A stretch of DNA of 62,351 bases from assembly GCA_022773965.1 (NCBI GenBank), contig JALFNQ010000198.1, forward strand, positions 1-62,351, in the 5' to 3' direction. The translations under genes and the position numbers were made by a program. Below are positions 30,504-39,938 of the stretch, in pieces. The notes beneath the pieces were generated by a model. It made no database searches and was not told the origin of the DNA. It saw only the letters and a list, made by a program, of their open reading frames with translations. The stretch is from Lachnospiraceae bacterium (GTDB taxonomy: Bacteria; Bacillota; Clostridia; Lachnospirales; Lachnospiraceae). Each line of letters begins with the position of its first letter. Positions within the stretch are counted from its first letter, which is position 1.

Positions 30504-33164
30504 GTGAAGAAGAAGTATGGCGTAAATGAATTACGCAAAATGTATCTGGAATTTTTTGAGAGCAAGGGACATCTGGCGATGAATAGTTTTTCCCTTGTAC
30601 CTCACAATGACAACAGCCTGTTGCTCATCAACGCAGGTATGGCACCGTTAAAGCCTTATTTTACCGGGCAGGAGATCCCGCCCCGCAGACGTGTGACCAC
30701 CTGCCAGAAGTGTGTGCGTACAGGTGATATCGAAAATGTAGGAAAGACTGCAAGACATCTCACATTCTTTGAGATGCTCGGTAATTTCTCATTTGGAGAT
30801 TATTTCAAGCATGAGGCAATCGCATGGTCATGGGAGTTTTTGACTAAGGTTCTGGGTCTTGAGGAGGATCGTCTGTATCCTTCCATTTACGGTGAGGACG
30901 AGGAAGCCTTCGAGATCTGGACAAAGGAGATCGGTGTGGCGCCGGAGCGTATCACCCGTTTCTACCGTGATCCTGAGACTGGTGCGTGTGATAACTTCTG
31001 GGAGCACGGAGCAGGTCCCTGCGGCCCCTGCTCAGAGATTTACTATGACCGCGGCGAGAAATACGGTTGTGGTGATCCCGGTTGTAAGGTAGGCTGTGAC
31101 TGCGATCGTTTCATGGAAGTATGGAACAACGTATTTACTCAGTTCAACGGTGACGGACACGGCGGCTATGAGGAACTGGAGAATAAAAATATTGATACCG
31201 GAATGGGCCTGGAGCGTCTGGCGGTTGTGATGCAGGATGTGGATTCTGTATTCGATATCGACACGATGAAGGCGATACGCGACCACATTTGTAAACTTTG
31301 CGGAAAGACTTATCAGCAGGATGCACTGGACGATATCAGCATTCGTCTGATCACCGACCATATTCGTTCTACCACTTTCCTTATTTCCGATGGCGTGATG
31401 CCCACCAATGAAGGACGCGGTTATGTGCTTCGCCGTCTGATCCGCCGTGCTGCAAGACATGGCAGAATGCTGGGTATCGAGGGCACCTTTATGGCTGATC
31501 TGGCAGCGACCGTGATCCGCGAGAGCAAGGATGGCTATCCGGAGCTGGAAGAGAAGAAGGATTTCATCTTTAAGGTGCTCACCCAGGAGGAAGAGCAGTT
31601 CAATAAGACCATCGATCAGGGATTAAAGATCCTTGCAGACATGGAAAAGGATATGGAGGCTGCAGGAGAGAAGGTTCTGTCCGGAGAGAATGCTTTCAAG
31701 CTGTATGACACCTACGGATTCCCGGTAGATCTGACTGCCGAGATCCTGGAGGAGAAGGGCTATACCTTAGATCAGGCGGGTTTTGATGCCTGCATGAAGG
31801 AGCAGAAGGAAAAAGCCCGCGCAGCGAGAAAAGAGACAAACTATATGGGTGCGGATGCCACTGTTTACGATGAGATCGATCTTGCCATTACTTCTGCATT
31901 CGTAGGCTATGACAAGACAAGCACAAGCTCAAAGATTACCGTGCTCACCACAGAGACGGAGCTGGCAGAGGCACTGACCGAGGGTGTAAACGGAACTGTG
32001 ATCGTGGATGAGACCCCCTTCTATGCGACCATGGGTGGACAGATCGGTGATACCGGTGTGATCAAGACCGATGAGGGTGAGTTTACAGTCAGCGATACGA
32101 TCAAGCTGAAGGGTGGTAAGATCGGGCATGTCGGAACCTGTACTGCAGGTATGATCAAAGTTGGCGATACGGCAGAGCTTACGATCGATACAGCGCGCAG
32201 AGCAAAGATCTGCAAGAACCATTCTGCAACTCACTTACTTCAGAAGGCTCTTCGTGAGGTGCTGGGCACACATGTAGAGCAGAAGGGTTCCAATCAGGAT
32301 GCTGACCGGACAAGATTTGACTTCTCGCACTTTTCCGCAATGACAGCAGAGGAGCTACAGAAGGTAGAAGATATTGTAAACGCAAAGATCAACGAGGCGA
32401 TTCCGGTTGTAACCGAGGTTATGACCATCGATGAGGCGAAAAAGTCCGGAGCGATGGCACTGTTTGGTGAGAAGTACGGCGAGAGTGTCCGCGTTGTCTC
32501 CATGGGAGATTTCTCCAAGGAGCTGTGCGGTGGAACACATGTAGCAAACACCGCTGATATCAAGGCTTTCAAGATCGTTTCCGAGTCCGGTGTGGCAGCA
32601 GGTGTGCGCCGTATCGAGGCAATTACGGCTGACGGTGTATTTGCATATTATGACACCATCGAAAAGACGCTGGAGGAGGCTGCAAAGCTCTTAAAGACAA
32701 ATCCGGCGGGTGTAGTAGAGAAGATCGCACATCTGCAGGCAGAGATCAAGAGTCTGAATGGCGAGATCGAATCCATGAAGTCCAAGGCAGCTAAGGATGC
32801 GCTGGGTGATGTCATGGATCAGGTACAGGATGTCAAGGGCGTGAAGTTCCTTGCCACAAAGCTTGAGGGCGTGGACATGAACGGTCTGCGAGATCTTGGA
32901 GATCAGCTCAAAAACAAGCTGGGCGAGGGTGTGATCCTGCTGGCATCTGTTGCTGACGGTAAGGTCAATCTGGTAGCAATGGCAACCGATGAGGCACAGA
33001 AGGCAGGTGCACATGCAGGTAATCTGATCAAGAGTATTGCATCTATCGTTGGCGGAGGCGGCGGCGGCCGTCCGAACATGGCACAGGCAGGCGGAAAGAA
33101 TCCGGCAGGTGTGGATGATGCCTTGGCAGAGGCAGTCAATGCACTGGGCGCGCAGATAAAATAA
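30504..33164 (+). CDS. alaS: Alanine--tRNA ligase
   Basis: NAGM..LKPYF.G, RH.TFFEMLGNFSFGDYFK, IDTGMGLER, NHSATHLL, ELCGGTH, GGGGGRP..AQAGG; GTG start. Confidence 0.98.
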   Translation: MKKKYGVNELRKMYLEFFESKGHLAMNSFSLVPHNDNSLLLINAGMAPLKPYFTGQEIPPRRRVTTCQKCVRTGDIENVGKTARHLTFFEMLGNFSFGDYFKHEAIAWSWEFLTKVLGLEEDRLYPSIYGEDEEAFEIWTKEIGVAPERITRFYRDPETGACDNFWEHGAGPCGPCSEIYYDRGEKYGCGDPGCKVGCDCDRFMEVWNNVFTQFNGDGHGGYEELENKNIDTGMGLERLAVVMQDVDSVFDIDTMKAIRDHICKLCGKTYQQDALDDISIRLITDHIRSTTFLISDGVMPTNEGRGYVLRRLIRRAARHGRMLGIEGTFMADLAATVIRESKDGYPELEEKKDFIFKVLTQEEEQFNKTIDQGLKILADMEKDMEAAGEKVLSGENAFKLYDTYGFPVDLTAEILEEKGYTLDQAGFDACMKEQKEKARAARKETNYMGADATVYDEIDLAITSAFVGYDKTSTSSKITVLTTETELAEALTEGVNGTVIVDETPFYATMGGQIGDTGVIKTDEGEFTVSDTIKLKGGKIGHVGTCTAGMIKVGDTAELTIDTARRAKICKNHSATHLLQKALREVLGTHVEQKGSNQDADRTRFDFSHFSAMTAEELQKVEDIVNAKINEAIPVVTEVMTIDEAKKSGAMALFGEKYGESVRVVSMGDFSKELCGGTHVANTADIKAFKIVSESGVAAGVRRIEAITADGVFAYYDTIEKTLEEAAKLLKTNPAGVVEKIAHLQAEIKSLNGEIESMKSKAAKDALGDVMDQVQDVKGVKFLATKLEGVDMNGLRDLGDQLKNKLGEGVILLASVADGKVNLVAMATDEAQKAGAHAGNLIKSIASIVGGGGGGRPNMAQAGGKNPAGVDDALAEAVNALGAQIK

Positions 33165-33250
33165 GTGCTTATGATACAGCGCATGAACGATATTGGGAGG
33201 GTGGCTCTGTATCAATCAATAAATGATATTTTTAAGGAGGGCATGTTACT

Positions 33251-34015
33251 ATGGGACGTTTACAGGACAAGGTAGCGATCATTACAGGAGGTAATTCCGG
33301 TGTGGGAGCCGCTACAGCACTTCTTTTTGCAAAGGAGGGCGCAAAGGTAGTGATCACCGCACGCCGCCAGCCCCAGCTGGAGGAGGTCGCTGCAAAGATC
33401 CGTGAGGCAGGCGGAGAGGTTCTGCCTGTTGTCTCCGATATTTCCAAAAAGGGAGATGCGGACAGCCTTGTTGCAAAGGCAGTGGAAGCTTATGGCAAAG
33501 TAGATGTTTTAGTCAACAACGCAGGCGTGCTGGAAGAGGGCTTAAAGCCCATCGATCGATTGAATGATGATGATCTTGATCGCATTCTTGACATTAACAC
33601 AAAGGGAACCATGTACTGCATGCGTGCAGCAACTGCCGAGATGTCAAAGACCGGAACCGGTTCTATTGTGAATGTGGCGTCTGTTGCAGGAGTGATGGGA
33701 TGCGGCGGTGCTGCATATGTTTCCTCAAAGGCAGCCATCATCGGTGTGACAAAGCACACGGCGCTCCGTTTTGCAGGCACCGGTATTCGTTGTAATGCAG
33801 TCTGCCCGGGAACGATCGTGACACCGATGGTAGCAGGTATGAACCCCGCCAACATGGATGCAGATATGTTCGGACAGATGGCAAAGCACAGTGACCTGAA
33901 GGTACAGCCCTGCATGCCTGAGGATGTAGCAAACATTCTGTTATTCCTTGCATCTGATGAATCCCGCGCGATTACCGGTCAGGCACTGGTAACTGACTTT
34001 GGAGGAACATTATAA
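33251..34015 (+). CDS. SDR family oxidoreductase
   Basis: TGGNSGVG, NNAG, YVSSK catalytic motif. Confidence 0.93.
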   Translation: MGRLQDKVAIITGGNSGVGAATALLFAKEGAKVVITARRQPQLEEVAAKIREAGGEVLPVVSDISKKGDADSLVAKAVEAYGKVDVLVNNAGVLEEGLKPIDRLNDDDLDRILDINTKGTMYCMRAATAEMSKTGTGSIVNVASVAGVMGCGGAAYVSSKAAIIGVTKHTALRFAGTGIRCNAVCPGTIVTPMVAGMNPANMDADMFGQMAKHSDLKVQPCMPEDVANILLFLASDESRAITGQALVTDFGGTL

Positions 34016-34037
34016 TTACATTTTTTTCAAAACAGCC

Positions 34038-34065
34038 TTGACGAACTGAAAATATATGGTATAAT
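34038..34065 (+). promoter_or_regulatory. Sigma-A promoter of rpsU
   Basis: TTGACG-16 nt-TATAAT with an extended -10 TG. Confidence 0.7.
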
Positions 34066-34143
34066 TATTTGCAGTGCAATTAGGAAATAGAACCTTACAG
34101 TTGATGTGCACAATTTACAACTGGAGGGAGGTTAGGTGTAAGA

Positions 34144-34320
34144 ATGTCTAGTGTTACCGTAAAAGAGAACGAGACTTTAGATAGCGCTTTACGCAGATTC
34201 AAGAGAAACTGTGCAAAGGCAGGTATCCAGCAGGAGATTCGCAAGAGAGAGCATTATGAGAAGCCCTCTGTAAAGCGCAAGAAGAAATCTGAAGCAGCTA
34301 GAAAGCGTAAATATAACTAA
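34144..34320 (+). CDS. rpsU: 30S ribosomal protein S21 (58 aa, absent from the ORF track)
   Basis: [58 protein letters not shown]. Confidence 0.97.
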   Translation: MSSVTVKENETLDSALRRFKRNCAKAGIQQEIRKREHYEKPSVKRKKKSEAARKRKYN

Positions 34321-34343
34321 TTCGGTTATAGTTAAGAGCAATG

Positions 34344-34373
34344 AAACCCCGGAGCGTAAGCGCCGGGGTTTTT
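34344..34373 (+). terminator. Intrinsic terminator after rpsU
   Basis: AAACCCCGG...CCGGGGTTTTTT. Confidence 0.85.
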
Positions 34374-34437
34374 GTTACATCGTGCAGATGCTGTCTGTAT
34401 GACTATTACAAATAACAAAAGAAAGAGAGGAGCTTAT

Positions 34438-35160
34438 ATGAATTTCAGTACGAACAGCAGCTTTTTGTATGGTCTTGCTGTCTGCGTCATTGTGTTTGTG
34501 CTGGCGCAGTCTGTTTATTTTCTGATCCGGTCTTACCGCAGAGGAAAGGCTATCGGTATGGAGACGGCCGTCTTAAAAAAGACGATTGTTTCTACGGCGG
34601 TATTTACGATCGCACCGGCGATCTCCATTTTACTTGGTGTGGTAACTTTGTCAAAATTTTTGGGTATTCCGTTGCCGTGGATCCGCATGAGCGTGATCGG
34701 TGCGATCACTTATGAACTTCCGGCGGCGACTTCTACGGCGAATGCGCTGGGTATTTCCCTGTCTGAGACGATCACGGATCCGAAGGTATATTCTGCCATC
34801 GCGTGGGTGATGACACTTGGCATTCTTCCAAGTATCGTTTTGCCCCCGATTCTCATGAAGCGGATCCAGGGCGGTGTGATTAAGATCAAAAACAAGGACA
34901 GCAAGTGGGGAGACATTTTTATGACGGCGATGTTTCTGGGCATGATCTCCGCATTTTTAGGTATGGTGTTTGCCGATGTGCGAAAAGGACTGGCAGGCTT
35001 TATCCCAATCTTTGTATTGCTGGTATCGGCTTTGATCATGTGTATCTGTGGTCTATTGATCAAAAAATGTAACATGAAGTGGCTGGAGACATATGCGCTG
35101 TCTATCAGTATGGTTGGCGCGATGGTCTTTGCAGTGCTCATTACCCCGCTGATCGTCTAG
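34438..35160 (+). CDS. DUF5058-like membrane protein
   Basis: LGIPLPWIRMSVIGAITYE motif recalled for DUF5058; about 6 TM; ATG 34438 after GAGGAG. Confidence 0.75.
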   Translation: MNFSTNSSFLYGLAVCVIVFVLAQSVYFLIRSYRRGKAIGMETAVLKKTIVSTAVFTIAPAISILLGVVTLSKFLGIPLPWIRMSVIGAITYELPAATSTANALGISLSETITDPKVYSAIAWVMTLGILPSIVLPPILMKRIQGGVIKIKNKDSKWGDIFMTAMFLGMISAFLGMVFADVRKGLAGFIPIFVLLVSALIMCICGLLIKKCNMKWLETYALSISMVGAMVFAVLITPLIV

Positions 35161-35170
35161 GAGGTGTAGG

Positions 35171-35842
35171 ATGAAGGATTCGATGAATTTTAAACAATAT
35201 ATGGAAAAAACGGATCGCGTTGGAAAAATCTGGATCTGGACAGCGCTCGTTGTTGTGCTTATGGTTCCGGTGGCAATCTGCGTGTATTATCAGGCCTGGC
35301 CCAGCGCGCAGGCAGTGTTAAAGGGGTTGATCGGCGTGGCGCCGATCTACTGGACGGTTGGTGTCATCGAGGTCATCACCTATACGCCGATGCTTGGAAC
35401 CGGTGGTACATATCTGGCGTTTGTGACTGGAAATCTTACGAGCATTAAGGCTCCGAGTGCGCTGAATGCAATGGAAAATGCAGATGTGAAGCCGGGCAGC
35501 GAGGAGGGTGAGATCATCTCCACGATGGCCATCGCCACAAGCTCCATTGTGACAACGCTGGTGATCGCTCTTGGCGTCATTGGATTGTCTGCGCTGGCAC
35601 CAATTCTTGATTCACCGACACTGGCGCCGGCCTTTGACAATATTTTACCGGCACTTTTTGGTGGACTGGCAGTTGTCTATGTCAGCAAAAACTGGAAGAT
35701 CGCTCTGGCACCGCTCATTTTTATGGTGGTATTGTTTTTGCTTGTTCCGTCGCTGGCGGGTTCTGTTGGTATTTTAGTACCGGTTGGTGTTCTGATCGCA
35801 CTCGGTGCAGCGCGGATCATGTATAAGAAAGGATGGCTGTAA
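35171..35842 (+). CDS. Uncharacterised multi-TM membrane protein
   Basis: Y.PMLG.GGTYLAF.TGN....[19 protein letters not shown]; hydrophobic; AGGAGG RBS. Confidence 0.8.
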   Translation: MKDSMNFKQYMEKTDRVGKIWIWTALVVVLMVPVAICVYYQAWPSAQAVLKGLIGVAPIYWTVGVIEVITYTPMLGTGGTYLAFVTGNLTSIKAPSALNAMENADVKPGSEEGEIISTMAIATSSIVTTLVIALGVIGLSALAPILDSPTLAPAFDNILPALFGGLAVVYVSKNWKIALAPLIFMVVLFLLVPSLAGSVGILVPVGVLIALGAARIMYKKGWL

Positions 35843-35843
35843 A

Positions 35844-37286
35844 ATGGCAGGTTATGTGGCAGGTATTGTGGTATGGGCTGTCGCTTTGTTTGTGGCAGTC
35901 ATTCTTGTGCGGACGATCCGCTTTGTTCCCCGGACGATGGCCTCTGTGGAGGATGATGATATCACTGTAAACAGGGAAAAGATCGTATCGGATATGGCGG
36001 AGATGATCCGTTGTAAGACTGTTTCCAATCGGGATGAGTCACTTGTAGATTGCGAAGAATTCAAAAAATTCGAGCGTGTTCTGGCAGAGCGTTTTCCGCT
36101 TGTACATGAGACGTGCACCTTAGAGCATGTAGGCAAGACCGGCCTTTTGTATCACTGGAAGGGAAAAAGTGCAGACAGGCCGGCTGTGTGCATGGCGCAC
36201 TATGATGTTGTTCCGGTGGATGAGGATGGCTGGGACAAGCCGGCCTTTGACGGTCTTGTGGAAGACGGCTTTATCTGGGGCAGGGGTACACTGGATACGA
36301 AGGGCACGCTCTGCAGTGTGCTGGAGGCGGCAGAACAGCTGTTGTCTGAGGGATTTGTACCGGAAAATGATATTTATTTTTCTTTTTCCGGTGAGGAAGA
36401 AATTGATGGAGAGAGCTGTCCGGCGATCGTGACACGTTTGGAGAAACTGGGTGTAAAGCCGTGGATCGTGCTGGACGAGGGCGGTGCCGTTGTGGAAAAC
36501 ACCTTCCCGGGCGTGACGAAAGAGAGCGCGATGATCGGCATCGGCGAAAAGGGTAGTGTGAACATGAATTTTACGATCGAGGGAAATGGAGGACATGCTT
36601 CCACACCGCCGGTACATACCAATTTAGGACAGCTGGCAGAAGCGGTGACCCGCATTGAAAAACACCCGTTCCACCGTCAGCTGACAAAGCCTGTAAAGGA
36701 AATGTTCGATACAATGGGGCGCCATTCCAGCTTTTTGTACCGGATGATCTTTGCGAATTTATGGTGCTTTTTGCCTTTGCTGGATCTGATCTGTAAAAAA
36801 TCCGGCGGCGAGCTCAATGCGATGATGCGTTCTACGGTGGCAGTGACACGGATGGAGGGCAGCAAGGCATACAATGTACTTCCGCCCAAAGCCAGCTTTG
36901 GTATCAATATGCGTCTCATGGGAACGGACACGATCGAGAGTGCCGGTGCATATTTAAAGCAGGTCATCGGAAATGATGCCATCCACGCAGAGCTTGTGAA
37001 CGGCATGAATCCGTCCATTTATTCTGACACCTCCTGCGATGCGTGGGAGATGCTCTGCCGGGTGATCCATAATACCTGGCCGGAGGCGGTCATTTCACCG
37101 TATCTGATGATGGCCTGCAGTGATTCCAGACATTACTGCCGCATTACCGACCGCGTCTACCGCTTTTCTGCGATGAAGCTGTCAAAAGAGGAGCGTGCGA
37201 TGATCCACGGAAACAATGAGCGGATACCGATCGATACGCTTGTGAAGACGGTAGAGTTTTATGTGCGGTTTTTAAAGAGGTTGTAA
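35844..37286 (+). CDS. M20 family peptidase/amidohydrolase (carboxypeptidase S/PM20D1-like) with N-terminal anchor
   Basis: [44 protein letters not shown]. Confidence 0.9.
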   Translation: MAGYVAGIVVWAVALFVAVILVRTIRFVPRTMASVEDDDITVNREKIVSDMAEMIRCKTVSNRDESLVDCEEFKKFERVLAERFPLVHETCTLEHVGKTGLLYHWKGKSADRPAVCMAHYDVVPVDEDGWDKPAFDGLVEDGFIWGRGTLDTKGTLCSVLEAAEQLLSEGFVPENDIYFSFSGEEEIDGESCPAIVTRLEKLGVKPWIVLDEGGAVVENTFPGVTKESAMIGIGEKGSVNMNFTIEGNGGHASTPPVHTNLGQLAEAVTRIEKHPFHRQLTKPVKEMFDTMGRHSSFLYRMIFANLWCFLPLLDLICKKSGGELNAMMRSTVAVTRMEGSKAYNVLPPKASFGINMRLMGTDTIESAGAYLKQVIGNDAIHAELVNGMNPSIYSDTSCDAWEMLCRVIHNTWPEAVISPYLMMACSDSRHYCRITDRVYRFSAMKLSKEERAMIHGNNERIPIDTLVKTVEFYVRFLKRL

Positions 37287-37318
37287 AAGCGTCAACAGAG
37301 AGTCAGCTACTTGTTGAT

Positions 37319-37373
37319 AAAAGCGGCTACACACTGTAATCTGTAATAAAGATTACAGCTTGTAGCCGCTTTT
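37319..37373 (+). terminator. Long hairpin/terminator after the M20 gene
   Basis: AAAAGCGGCTACA..CTGTAATCT / AGATTACAG..TGTAGCCGCTTTT. Confidence 0.7.
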
Positions 37374-37391
37374 CGGTTTTAGTAAGTTTTT

Positions 37392-37417
37392 CATCTTGTA
37401 AGTTTGCTTACAAGATG
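37392..37417. promoter_or_regulatory. Candidate operator palindrome
   Basis: CATCTTGTAAG-N4-CTTACAAGATG perfect 11-bp inverted repeat adjacent to TGTTATAAT. Confidence 0.5.
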
Positions 37418-37476
37418 TTATAATTTGTGTTATATAAAATATAGTTTAAAAATTTGAAAATAAGATTTGAGAGATT

Positions 37477-38565
37477 ATGTCATTCACTGAAAAGAAAAGA
37501 GAAGAAATAAAAAAATACATATTGAGAAAGATCGCGCAGGGAGATGAAGCTGTATTGGAAAAAACCATGGAAAGCTTTGGAATTTCCATTACGACCGTAA
37601 AGCGTTACATCAAGGAGGCACTGGATGACGGTATCATAGAATATGCGGCAGGAGAGAAGGATAGCTTCCGGCTGATCGAAAAACAATACCGGGCCAGTGT
37701 CTCACTGGAAGGGGAGATGCCGGAGGAGGATGTCTTACTGCAACAGTATATTATGCCATACCTTACAGGCTGCAATGAAAAGGCGCGTGTGATCTGGCAG
37801 TATTGTGGTGCGGAAATCCTCAATAATGCGATTGAACATTCAAGAGGAACCCAGATTGGAATGATTGTGATTTCCAATGCATTACATACAACGGTTGTGA
37901 TTTCTGATGATGGAGCGGGAGTATTTTCCACCCTGACAGAATATATGGCTGGCAATGGCTGGGATCATCCGAGGGTTGAGGATGCGCTGGTGGAGCTTTA
38001 TAAAGGAAAAATCACCTGTGACAGCAGGAATCATTCTGGTGAGGGGATATTTTTTTCGTCAAAGATGATGGATTCTTTTGTGTTGTGGTCCGATGCACTG
38101 ATTTTCAAGTGGGGGTGTCAGGAGGAGCCGGAGGCTGTAAGATCGCATCTGGCGGCCTATGCAGAAAGAATATGGAAGGAGAGCACGATGGTTATGATGA
38201 CATTGGAAAACGAGACAGAGCGTGAGGCCAGTCAGATTTTTGACACATATGCTGACGTAGATGAGGGCTTTATGCGGACACGGATACCGGTGAAAGAAGC
38301 CTGCATTACCGGGGAACCCGTAGCACGGTCACAGGCAAGGAGAATTTGTCACAGACTGGAAACATTTTCCGAGGTCATATTGGACTTTTCCAACGTGACA
38401 CTGATGGGACAGGGATTTGCGGATGAATTATTCCGGGTATATGCGTTGGAACATCCTAAGGTTCTGCTTCGTCCGATCAATATGTTACCTCAGGTAGAAC
38501 GGATGATCCGTCATGTGGGCCGGGGACAATCTGCAGAGAATATTCTATTTGAATTGGGAAGGTAA
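37477..38565 (+). CDS. HTH + GHKL-ATPase (HATPase) + STAS-like (DUF4325) protein
   Basis: FGISITTVKRY HTH-like segment; EILNNAIEHS, D.GAG and HSGEGIFF boxes; C-terminal ARSQARR...VILDF..V..MGQGFADELFR. Confidence 0.8.
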   Translation: MSFTEKKREEIKKYILRKIAQGDEAVLEKTMESFGISITTVKRYIKEALDDGIIEYAAGEKDSFRLIEKQYRASVSLEGEMPEEDVLLQQYIMPYLTGCNEKARVIWQYCGAEILNNAIEHSRGTQIGMIVISNALHTTVVISDDGAGVFSTLTEYMAGNGWDHPRVEDALVELYKGKITCDSRNHSGEGIFFSSKMMDSFVLWSDALIFKWGCQEEPEAVRSHLAAYAERIWKESTMVMMTLENETEREASQIFDTYADVDEGFMRTRIPVKEACITGEPVARSQARRICHRLETFSEVILDFSNVTLMGQGFADELFRVYALEHPKVLLRPINMLPQVERMIRHVGRGQSAENILFELGR

Positions 38566-38636
38566 AACGGCACTGATCATTTCGACAGAATTTGTAAAGC
38601 TCGTATACTTTTTTAAGCATTGTAAAGGAGAAAATT

Positions 38637-39542
38637 TTGAAAGATAATTCGATATATCATTTGATAAAAAATCAATTAAAGGAACTCAAATGGTTTCATT
38701 TTATTTTGTTAACCATTGCAGGTAGTATAAATGCGTTTGGTGTGACGATATTTTTATATCCGGTAAAACTGTATGACAGCGGTGTTTCAGGTGTATCTAT
38801 GTTATTGGATCAGGTGACACCACCGTATTTGACAATATCGTTATTTTTACTGGTTATTAATATACCGATATTTCTTTTTGGTTTAAAAAAACAGGGTTTT
38901 TCATTTACTGTTTATTCGGTTTACAGTGTTGCAATCTATTCCCTTGGTTCTTATCTAATCATGTATGTTTTGCCAATAGATGTAAACTTTGTGTCACCAT
39001 TGGCAGGAAGCGATCTGCTTCTATGTGCTATTTTCGGAGGAGTCATTTCGGGAATCGGAAGCGGACTGACCATCCGGCATGGTGGTGCGATTGACGGTAT
39101 AGATGTCTTGTCTGTGATATTTGCGAAGCGGCTAGGATTATCGATAGGTTCGTTTGTAATGTTATTTAATCTGGCGTTATATATTGTGTGTGGAATTATT
39201 CTTAATAGTTGGATTCTGCCACTTTATTCCATCATCACATATTTTGTGGCATCAAAAACCATAGACTTTATTGTGGATGGTTTTGACAGATCAAAATGTG
39301 CAATGATCGTGACAAAAAAGGCTAATGAGATAACCGAAGCGTTGAAAGATAGTTTTGAGGCGAGCGGAACGATTGTAGATGCTGTTGGTGGTTATTCCAA
39401 AAGTGAGTTCCAGATCATATATCTGATCATCAATCATTTTCAGGTAAATAAGCTGAAAACGATCGTACATAGTATAGATGCCCAGGCATTTGTGTCGTTG
39501 CATGAGATTTCGGATGTGATCAGGCAACAGGAAAATGTGTAG
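38637..39542 (+). CDS. YitT family membrane protein (C-terminal DUF2179)
   Basis: DSGVSG, INIP.F.FG.KK.G, GG.IDG.D, C-terminal ID..AFV; TTG start after AAGGAG; visibly AT-richer than flanks. Confidence 0.88.
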   Translation: MKDNSIYHLIKNQLKELKWFHFILLTIAGSINAFGVTIFLYPVKLYDSGVSGVSMLLDQVTPPYLTISLFLLVINIPIFLFGLKKQGFSFTVYSVYSVAIYSLGSYLIMYVLPIDVNFVSPLAGSDLLLCAIFGGVISGIGSGLTIRHGGAIDGIDVLSVIFAKRLGLSIGSFVMLFNLALYIVCGIILNSWILPLYSIITYFVASKTIDFIVDGFDRSKCAMIVTKKANEITEALKDSFEASGTIVDAVGGYSKSEFQIIYLIINHFQVNKLKTIVHSIDAQAFVSLHEISDVIRQQENV

Positions 39543-39848
39543 GGAATTCTTCGTGTCGCAAAGGAAAGTATTTTCAGCGGAATGAACAATCTGATCATCA
39601 ATTCGATCATGGATCAGAAACACAGTGAATATTTTGGATTTACGGTCGATGAGATCATGGAAATGGCAGCAATGACATCATCGGTGAAGTTCTGTTCCGA
39701 GGATGAATTAAAAGAACTGTCGAAAAAAGCCTTGCAGCAGATCATCGACAAGCAATACGATACCGAACTGCGGGAGGCAGGTGTCACGGATGTTATTAAA
39801 TATGGAGTGGCTTTCTGTGGGAAAAGAGTGGAGATTGCGGTCGGGTGA
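39543..39848 (+). pseudogene. Internally deleted relic of an AAA-ATPase/PD-(D/E)XK nuclease gene
   Basis: GILRVAKESIFSGMNNL...YFGFT.DE (mid-protein AAA-ATPase-like motif) joined directly to the C-terminal AL.QI.DK.Y...KYG.AF.GK motif; no native N-terminus. Confidence 0.75.
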
Positions 39849-39886
39849 ATGACAATATCAGGTAAATTTTTTTAAAATAAACGTTC

Positions 39887-39936
39887 ATAAATCCCCCTGT
39901 CCATACATATAGTGATGTATGGACAGGGGGATTTTT
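39887..39936 (+). promoter_or_regulatory. Putative sigma-E promoter of spoIIIA embedded in a 20-bp perfect inverted repeat
   Basis: ATA-16 nt-CATATAGT; AAATCCCCCTGTCCATACAT / ATGTATGGACAGGGGGATTT. Confidence 0.65.
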
Positions 39937-39938
39937 CT

